This document shows, piece after piece, positions 46,549-54,732 of a DNA stretch of 54,732 nucleotides (its first letter is position 1; every line of letters begins with the position of its first letter). Below the pieces are notes generated by a model. The model worked only from the letters and a program-made list of their open reading frames with translations, was not told where the DNA came from and did not search any database. Source of the DNA: Candidatus Moraniibacteriota bacterium. Its GTDB lineage: Bacteria; Patescibacteriota; Minisyncoccia; Moranbacterales; GCA-2747515. The stretch spans positions 1 through 54,732 of the forward strand of contig JALVQA010000001.1 in NCBI GenBank assembly GCA_027031495.1, given 5' to 3'. The position numbers and the translations under genes were made by a program.

Positions 46549-46617
46549 ATTTTTTGATGCATGCATCTGGCAAAGCATGCACTTATAATGTACTTACATC
46601 TCTTATAATATCATTTT

Positions 46618-48339
46618 TTATATTTCCTTGTGCCGTGGTGACATGATGTGATGAATATGCTTACTGCGCTCTCTCTCAAAACCGCGTGCATCCCATTTAT
46701 ACTTTGTCACAAAATCGGCAACAAAATGTGAGCCGATATGATATGGCATGACAACATACGATGCGCCGGCATCATATAATTCTTTTACTTCTTTCAATTC
46801 ATTTGCAACGACAATAATAATACCGTGTGTATTGTGCGCGCGATACCTCTTCACGAGAAAGAGATTTGTTTTAAGATACGGAATTGATGAAATAATCATT
46901 TTTGCCTGTGTAAAACCAATTTCGTCAAGAAAAACAGCATCTTCTGCATCGCCATAGCGAGCTGGTAAACCGGCTTCCTTAAGGCGCGCGATAATTTCAG
47001 GATCATACTCCACGATGAGATATTTTTTCGTGATACACTGCAGGGCCTGCACAAAGCCATGTCCAGCATAATCATAGCCAAAAAGAATCGCATCCACCGT
47101 CGCCTCATCACTGTCACCATACTTTTTGGATTTTCTACGTGGCACCATATAATCAAGCATAGGTTTAATAACGGCATAAATCGTATCGGCATAGATAATA
47201 AGATATGTCGATGCTGTAATCGTGATAATACCAACAAGTGTCACAAGTGAAACTGCGTACTGCGAAAGATGCCCGAGATTATAACCAAGTGCAACAAGAA
47301 TCAATGAGAATTCGCTAATTTGTGCAACAGTTAAACCGCTCATAAAAGCTGTTCTTGTGCGATAGCCCAAAAGCTTCATCAAAAAAATGACAATGAGAGG
47401 ATTACCGATAAGCACAAAGAGTGAAAGAATTATCGCAGGCATCACAATTACAGTAAACTGCGACAGAACCATGTTGGCACCTAAAAGAATAAAGAAGATC
47501 ACAATAAAGAAATCGCGCAACGGCTTCATGCGTGCGCCAATTTCATACGCAAATGGACTAACGGCAAGAAGCGCACCAGCAATAAGTGCGCCAATTTCAA
47601 TAGAAAAACCCAGTGTGCTAAAGAGTGCCGCTAAACCAAGACCCCATGCAACGGAAAAAATAAAGAGTATTTCTTGATTGTGTGCAACAATTACACTAAA
47701 ACGTGGCAGAATGTAACGACTAATTAAATAGAGTATGATAACAACTGCTGTACCTTTGAGAAAAAGCACGCTAAATTGTTGTACAGCGATCGTACCATAG
47801 ACCAATGGCGTTGCATTCTCCGGAAAGTCGGCACCGCCAATAATTGTAACAGCAAGAAGAATTATCGTCGCAACTAGATCTTGAATGAGAAGAAAGCCAA
47901 TAGAAAGTTTGCCGTAAAGCTTTCCTGTGTCACCGCGATCGGTTAGAAGTTTTAAAATAATGATAGTAGAACTAAAGGTTAGTGCTAGAGCAACATAGAT
48001 AGACGTCACCACATCAAAACCAAGAAGAAGCATAATAAAGAAGCCGATCACCGATGTAAAAACAACTTGACCAATCCCCGTCACAGCAGACGACTTCCCC
48101 ACTTCACGTATAATATCAGGATTAAGTGTGAGACCAACAATAAAGAGAAGGATTGAGATGCCAATTTTTGAAAAAAGCTCCATTTCTTCGTGCGCGTGCA
48201 GGAAGTCAAGTGCATACGGCCCAACGATAACACCCGTTGCAATATAGCCAACAATAAGTGGTTGTCTCAAAAGGTATGCCATGAATGCCAGCATAGCCGC
48301 TATGACAATAATGAGCGATACTTCCACAAAGAGTGTCAT
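46618..48339 (-). CDS. CPA2 cation:proton antiporter with a C-terminal RCK/TrkA-N domain (Kef-like)
   Basis: LRQPLIVGY, FSSTIIILKLL, QDL, QISEFS, YGDAED. Confidence 0.92.
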   Translation of the reverse strand: MTLFVEVSLIIVIAAMLAFMAYLLRQPLIVGYIATGVIVGPYALDFLHAHEEMELFSKIGISILLFIVGLTLNPDIIREVGKSSAVTGIGQVVFTSVIGFFIMLLLGFDVVTSIYVALALTFSSTIIILKLLTDRGDTGKLYGKLSIGFLLIQDLVATIILLAVTIIGGADFPENATPLVYGTIAVQQFSVLFLKGTAVVIILYLISRYILPRFSVIVAHNQEILFIFSVAWGLGLAALFSTLGFSIEIGALIAGALLAVSPFAYEIGARMKPLRDFFIVIFFILLGANMVLSQFTVIVMPAIILSLFVLIGNPLIVIFLMKLLGYRTRTAFMSGLTVAQISEFSLILVALGYNLGHLSQYAVSLVTLVGIITITASTYLIIYADTIYAVIKPMLDYMVPRRKSKKYGDSDEATVDAILFGYDYAGHGFVQALQCITKKYLIVEYDPEIIARLKEAGLPARYGDAEDAVFLDEIGFTQAKMIISSIPYLKTNLFLVKRYRAHNTHGIIIVVANELKEVKELYDAGASYVVMPYHIGSHFVADFVTKYKWDARGFERERSKHIHHIMSPRHKEI

Positions 48340-48399
48340 ACGAGAAATTTTGAGAACTTAAACGTACACCATTTATAACATAAAAATAGCATAACAACA

Positions 48400-48431
48400 A
48401 GCAAGCACGTATCTTGCGATACGTGCTTGCT
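48400..48431. terminator. Terminator hairpin after groEL
   Basis: Perfect 14-bp stem agcaagcacgtatc-ttgc-gatacgtgcttgct. Confidence 0.75.
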
Positions 48432-48451
48432 ATTATTTTACACTCTCAGAT

Positions 48452-50119
<1,668 letters not shown>

Positions 50120-50150
50120 TTACTACAAATTACTAGTTTTTCTTGAAAGT

Positions 50151-50177
50151 TTAGCACTCATATATATGGAGTGCTAA
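50151..50177. promoter_or_regulatory. CIRCE element (HrcA operator)
   Basis: Perfect TTAGCACTC-N9-GAGTGCTAA between the groEL promoter and start codon. Confidence 0.97.
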
Positions 50178-50185
50178 CTACCTTT

Positions 50186-50213
50186 AGTCTATCGCTCTTG
50201 TTATTTTTGTCAA
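50186..50213 (-). promoter_or_regulatory. Putative groEL promoter
   Basis: TTGACA-N16-TAGACT immediately upstream of CIRCE. Confidence 0.55.
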
Positions 50214-50266
50214 GAACCACAAAAAACTTCTGTAAAAAATACTATCACGTGCACTGTTTTGCTAAT

Positions 50267-50295
50267 TTGACATTTACACTAAAAAACGTCACAAT
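50267..50295 (+). promoter_or_regulatory. Putative clpC promoter
   Basis: TTGACA-N17-CACAAT. Confidence 0.55.
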
Positions 50296-50326
50296 ATATG
50301 GTACAGAATAAGATATTATTTCCCTT

Positions 50327-52834
50327 ATGAAAAAATCGATTTTTCCAGAAAAACTGACACATCATGCACGCAATGCACTTATTTTGGCAAGCAAATACGC
50401 ATCGGAACGTGGTCAAGATAGTGTTTTACCTATTCACGTTCTCTATGCCATTGCAGCGCAAAAAAAATCGGCCGGCGCACATACGCTTTCAGCGCTTTCT
50501 CTTACACCGGAAACACTTTTGCCGTATGTTGGTAAAGAAAGGCATAATGTTACAACAGTACGCGATCCGCTCATAAGCACACAACTAAAAGAAGTTCTTG
50601 TACGAGCATACAAAATCGCCAGCACAACTGGATATTCATATGTCAGCACAGAACACATTATTCACGCAATCCTCAAAACGCATGACAAAACAATAAAGAG
50701 CATTATCAAAGAGGGCGTAAAGAGAACAGCAAGACACCAGCCCCTGTCAGCAAAGGGAGATGATGGGAGTGATAGTGATTTCTCACATATTACACACTTT
50801 CTTAATGCGATGACGCACATGTCATCAGAAAATGATGCGCAGGATGCATCGCTTTTGGAACACTTTACAAACAATCTTTCTTTACAAAAAAACGTGACAC
50901 CACTCATTGGTCGTGATGACGTCCTTAACCATGTAATCACCATCCTTTCGCGCAAAGAAAAAAGCAATCCTCTCCTTGTTGGTGCGCCTGGCGTTGGCAA
51001 AACAGCAATTATTGAAGGTCTTGCGCAACGTATCGCACGTGGTGATGTGCCGGCACATCTTATAAATACACGTATTCTCACACTTGATCTTGCGGATCTT
51101 GTTGCCGGCACAACATATCGCGGCGAATTTGAAGCACGTCTTAAAGAAATTATCGCTGAAGCATCAAGTGATAAATCAGTTATTCTCTTTATTGATGAAC
51201 TTCACATGATTGTTGGTGCTGGTAATACACAAGGATCTCTTGACGCTGCCAATATTCTTAAACCGGCACTCAGTCGTGGTGCTATTCGCATTATCGGTGC
51301 AACAACACCCGCAGAATACAAAAAACATATTACAAAAGACGCAGCACTTGCACGTCGTTTTCAAGTTGTGTCAGTCCCGGAACCATCACGCGATGAAACT
51401 ATTACCATTCTTTCCGGTGTGCGAGAACACTACGAGAAATTCCACAATGTCACGATCTCTGACGATATCATTACGCACATTGTTGATCTAAGTATACGTT
51501 ATCTACCATCACGCCACCTTCCTGACAAGGCATTTGATATTCTCGATGAAGCTGCAGCACGTTTGCGTGTCCACGCGCCGCAAAGTGCTGCACAGAAAAA
51601 ACTCCTCTTACTTGAAAATGCATACAATGCGGTAAATGAGCAAAAGAAATATGCCATCGCATCGGAGTCATATGACACTGCGTTAAAGCTCCGACAAAAG
51701 GAAACATCTCTTCGCACAGACATTGAAAAACAAAAGAAAATACTTACTCGAGAAAACGTGCCGCAGGAAATGACATTTTCAGCCGTAGCGCAGGCAATTT
51801 CCATTCTTAGTAAAATTCCCATCCATAAAATCACAACAAATCAAACATGCTCTGTACAAAAAGCGCTTACGCGATGGCAAAAACATATTGTTGGTCAAAG
51901 AGATGCTGTTGAATCGATTACGCGCACACTTGTGCGAAGCTTCGCCGGTCTTGCACCACACACACGCCCAATTGGCTCATTCCTCTTTCTTGGTCCAACT
52001 GGTGTTGGCAAAACATTCGCAGCAACAACGCTTGCAACAACACTCTTTGACAAGAGCACAGCACTCATTCGCGTTGACATGAGTGAACTTGCAGAAAAAC
52101 ACACTGTCTCAAAATTACTCGGTGCACCAGCCGGTTATGTGGGACATGGTGAAGGTGGCACGCTTACAGAACAGATTCGCACAAATCCCTATAGCGTCGT
52201 TCTATTTGATGAAATTGAAAAAGCACATCCTGACATTCTCAATATTCTTCTCCAAATTCTCGAAGAAGGAACAATTACCGATGCTGCCGGCGAGAGAGCT
52301 GATTTCCGCAATGCAATTGTTATTCTTACATCAAACATCGGCACAGAAACACTTACGCAAAGTGCGCGCATTGGCTTTACTCACAAAAAAACATCTTCTA
52401 CAACATCACCTTTTGCTAGTTTTGCAGAAACAAAAGAACACGTTCTCAAAGAATTGCGCACAACAATTAAACCGGAGATTCTCAATCGCCTTGATGATAT
52501 CATTGTTTTTGCACCACTTGGACGTAAGGAACTCACGACAATTGCCCGCAGAGAAATCAACACGCTTAAAGAAAAACTTGCATCATTGGATGTACATTTC
52601 ACACTAGCGCCGTCAGCACTGTCGTTCATCGTGCAACACGCCGGAACACATATTTCTACGGGCGCACGCGGTATTCGTCGCGCCATCCATATACACCTCG
52701 AAGATCCTATTGCACAATTACTTCTCTCTCAACCACAAAGACCTCTTTCGCTTCACGCCGACTATATCAGCGGGGAGATCTCTATAAGGGCGAAAGATAC
52801 AAAGAAAAGTGCTCGTAAGAAGAAATCTGCATGA
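50327..52834 (+). CDS. clpC: ATP-dependent Clp protease ATP-binding subunit (ClpC-like)
   Basis: Clp-N repeats, two AAA+ modules (GAPGVGKT/FIDE, GPTGVGKT/FDEIEK), UVR-like middle domain, IGF loop. Confidence 0.9.
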   Translation: MKKSIFPEKLTHHARNALILASKYASERGQDSVLPIHVLYAIAAQKKSAGAHTLSALSLTPETLLPYVGKERHNVTTVRDPLISTQLKEVLVRAYKIASTTGYSYVSTEHIIHAILKTHDKTIKSIIKEGVKRTARHQPLSAKGDDGSDSDFSHITHFLNAMTHMSSENDAQDASLLEHFTNNLSLQKNVTPLIGRDDVLNHVITILSRKEKSNPLLVGAPGVGKTAIIEGLAQRIARGDVPAHLINTRILTLDLADLVAGTTYRGEFEARLKEIIAEASSDKSVILFIDELHMIVGAGNTQGSLDAANILKPALSRGAIRIIGATTPAEYKKHITKDAALARRFQVVSVPEPSRDETITILSGVREHYEKFHNVTISDDIITHIVDLSIRYLPSRHLPDKAFDILDEAAARLRVHAPQSAAQKKLLLLENAYNAVNEQKKYAIASESYDTALKLRQKETSLRTDIEKQKKILTRENVPQEMTFSAVAQAISILSKIPIHKITTNQTCSVQKALTRWQKHIVGQRDAVESITRTLVRSFAGLAPHTRPIGSFLFLGPTGVGKTFAATTLATTLFDKSTALIRVDMSELAEKHTVSKLLGAPAGYVGHGEGGTLTEQIRTNPYSVVLFDEIEKAHPDILNILLQILEEGTITDAAGERADFRNAIVILTSNIGTETLTQSARIGFTHKKTSSTTSPFASFAETKEHVLKELRTTIKPEILNRLDDIIVFAPLGRKELTTIARREINTLKEKLASLDVHFTLAPSALSFIVQHAGTHISTGARGIRRAIHIHLEDPIAQLLLSQPQRPLSLHADYISGEISIRAKDTKKSARKKKSA

Positions 52835-53550
52835 TTGCGCGTATTTTGCATATTATCGCCGATTTCATTGCACCAAAACGTTGCATGTGTTGCGACACTT
52901 ATGATACGTGGTTGTGCGCCACCTGTTGCGCTGGTCTTGTGATGCGCGCCGATCAAGTTTGTTGGCATTGCAAAAAGACACCAACGCCATATGGCAATCT
53001 CTGCACATATTGTCGTGGTGCATCACCACTGCGCAGTATTTTCGTTGCAACATCGCACACTGGTGAGCAAAAGCGCCTTCTTTCACACCTCATTCACTCT
53101 TACAAATACCATTTTATTGCAGAACTTTCTGAGCCACTCGGCACAATTCTCTCACATAACATTTCACAAGCACCGCTTCCTATTCCGGATATGATTATAC
53201 CAGTACCACTTCATCCACGACGATTACGATGGCGTGGTTTCAATCAGTCTGAGCTTTTGGCACGTGCTGTTCCGCATCGTCTCGCACACCATCTTTCAAT
53301 CCCCATCAAAAACAATCTTCTTGCACGCACGCGCTACACACGACCTCAAGTTACCGCTACACAGCGCACAAAACGCATCAATAACCTTCGCAATGCGTTT
53401 GTACTCATAAATGAAAAAGCAGTAAAAAGAAAACGCATCCTTCTCGTTGATGATGTTGCTACGACAGGAGCGACACTCACAGAATGTGCCCACACTCTCA
53501 AACAAGCCGGTGCGGCATCTATCGACGCGATTGTTCTCTCACGTGGATAG
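52831..53550 (+). CDS. comF: ComF family protein (zinc ribbons plus PRTase domain)
   Basis: CxxC pairs, IPVPLH..R...RGFNQS, LLVDDVATTGATL. Confidence 0.92.
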   Translation: MIARILHIIADFIAPKRCMCCDTYDTWLCATCCAGLVMRADQVCWHCKKTPTPYGNLCTYCRGASPLRSIFVATSHTGEQKRLLSHLIHSYKYHFIAELSEPLGTILSHNISQAPLPIPDMIIPVPLHPRRLRWRGFNQSELLARAVPHRLAHHLSIPIKNNLLARTRYTRPQVTATQRTKRINNLRNAFVLINEKAVKRKRILLVDDVATTGATLTECAHTLKQAGAASIDAIVLSRG

Positions 53551-53563
53551 TTCTTGCGTTGCG

Positions 53564-54061
53564 TCAAATCAAAAAGCGACGCTTATTGGCACTCATATTT
53601 GTAAAGCTATCAAGCTCATCTAATAGAGAACTGCTTGTTGACTCTTCAAATGCAACGCCTTCTACACGACATCCGGCGCTATTTTGAATGTATTTAACCA
53701 ATGGCACATAATCGCCGTCACCAGAAACAAGAACAATAACATCAACGTGTTGAGAAAGTTTTATGGCGTCAACCGCAATACCAACATCCCAATCTCCCTT
53801 TTTTGCACCGTCGGCAAAAACTTGCAATGCCTTTGTTTTTACTTCGTAACCAACGCCTTCTAGCGCTTCAAAAAATTTCTCTTCCATGCCTTCAGTTGTA
53901 ACAATGCCGTACGCAAGCGCACGAATTAACTGTCTATTATTTGTTGCTGTAAGAAGAACATTTTTGAAATTGACTTTTTTGTTGTATAGTACTCGCGCTG
54001 TGTAGTAAAGATTCTGGATATCCACAAACACAGCAACACGTTGTTCGCTAAAATAATGCAT
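53564..54061 (-). CDS. NYN domain protein (LabA/DUF88)
   Basis: VFVDIQNLY, KGDWDVGIAVD, LVSGDGDY. Confidence 0.93.
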   Translation of the reverse strand: MHYFSEQRVAVFVDIQNLYYTARVLYNKKVNFKNVLLTATNNRQLIRALAYGIVTTEGMEEKFFEALEGVGYEVKTKALQVFADGAKKGDWDVGIAVDAIKLSQHVDVIVLVSGDGDYVPLVKYIQNSAGCRVEGVAFEESTSSSLLDELDSFTNMSANKRRFLI

Positions 54062-54107
54062 ATTTTTTCTGCGAAAGTAATAAAAGCCGCATGTGCGACT
54101 TTTAAAA

Positions 54108-54374
54108 CTACTCCTTTAAACCAAGTTTTTTTACAAGTGCTTTATATTTCTTCTCGTCTTTTGCCTTCAAATATTCCATAAGTCGACGGCGCTTTGACAC
54201 CATCTTCAATAGACCGCGACGTGAATGATAGTCGTGAATATTTTTCTTGAGATGTTGCGTCAACCTCTTAATGCGCTGCGTAAACAGTGCAATCTGATAT
54301 TCAGGTGATCCTGTATCGGAATCATGACGACGCACATCGCGCGTCGCACTTATCTTTTGTCGCTTCGTTAACAT
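54108..54374 (-). CDS. rpsO: 30S ribosomal protein S15
   Basis: [39 protein letters not shown]; start moved to ATG 54374. Confidence 0.97.
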   Translation of the reverse strand: MLTKRQKISATRDVRRHDSDTGSPEYQIALFTQRIKRLTQHLKKNIHDYHSRRGLLKMVSKRRRLMEYLKAKDEKKYKALVKKLGLKE

Positions 54375-54566
54375 AAACTTTTTTGCAATACAATCGTATG
54401 GCTTATAGCCACTACCATTGTACACTTAAAAAATTACCCCTCGCACCGATTGTAACAGAATTATGCAATTTGCGCAATATATTTACTGTATACAATTACT
54501 ACCTATATCAATGACACTCTATTGCCAACAATGCTATAATACAAACAAACACTAACACCTATCTCC

Positions 54567-54732
54567 ATGAGCGAACCCCACTTCCCACAACCACCATCAC
54601 ACACCGATCGTCCGCCACACCTCCTCGGTTCTGACGGAAAGCCACTTGATAATGCCGATGATGTGCACCTCATTCTACCGGAGAATGTGCGTGATCATGA
54701 TCACGTACACCTTGTTAACCGTACAGGCACAC
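54567..54732 (+). CDS. Hypothetical protein, 5' fragment running off the window
   Basis: ATG 54567 open to the window end (MSEPHFPQPPSHTDRPPHLLG...), preceded by an extended -10 TGCTATAAT. Confidence 0.55.
   Translation, partial: MSEPHFPQPPSHTDRPPHLLGSDGKPLDNADDVHLILPENVRDHDHVHLVNRTGT

Noticed and set aside
53564-54061. NYN nuclease as a toxin or defence gene
   Set aside because: LabA/DUF88-type protein in a housekeeping position after rpsO, with no antitoxin or defence neighbours.

Overview
Chromosomal window from a small-genome bacterium with the hallmarks of Patescibacteria/CPR (Parcubacteria-like). That assignment is inferred from mostly SD-less core genes, a type-2 IleRS, tRNA-Arg(UCG) and a CofE-like gene between thyA and folA. 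Housekeeping blocks are recO (partial), ileS with a T-box leader, mscL, rnhB, dnaE, a dTTP/folate operon (CYTH-orphan-dcd-thyA-cofE-like-folA-kinase), a redox/pentose-phosphate operon (grx-trxB-rpiB-rpe-NTase-zwf-gnd-pgl), vanW-hsp20-M23-uvrB, an alpha-glucan cluster (glgP, GT4, GH57, GH13), kef, a CIRCE-controlled groEL without adjacent groES, clpC-comF, NYN and rpsO. No integrase, transposase, CRISPR array or rRNA was seen. Most interesting: (1) a recurring cassette of sigma70 promoter, boxA-like 12-mer and strong SD in front of four unrelated accessory genes; (2) a palindromic repeat family that forms an intergenic cluster, hosts a nested 20-nt palindrome and also sits in frame inside ileS; (3) a class II CCA/poly(A)-polymerase-like nucleotidyltransferase lacking the EDxxR template motif, inside the pentose-phosphate operon; (4) a UbiA prenyltransferase flanked by two internally duplicated DUF2878/terpene-cyclase-like membrane proteins; (5) an actinobacterial-style short-Stem-I ileS T-box coupled to a terminator; (6) an ATP-grasp ligase abutting an M14 amidohydrolase next to a degenerate PP2C. 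All family calls come from reading motifs by eye, with no database search.
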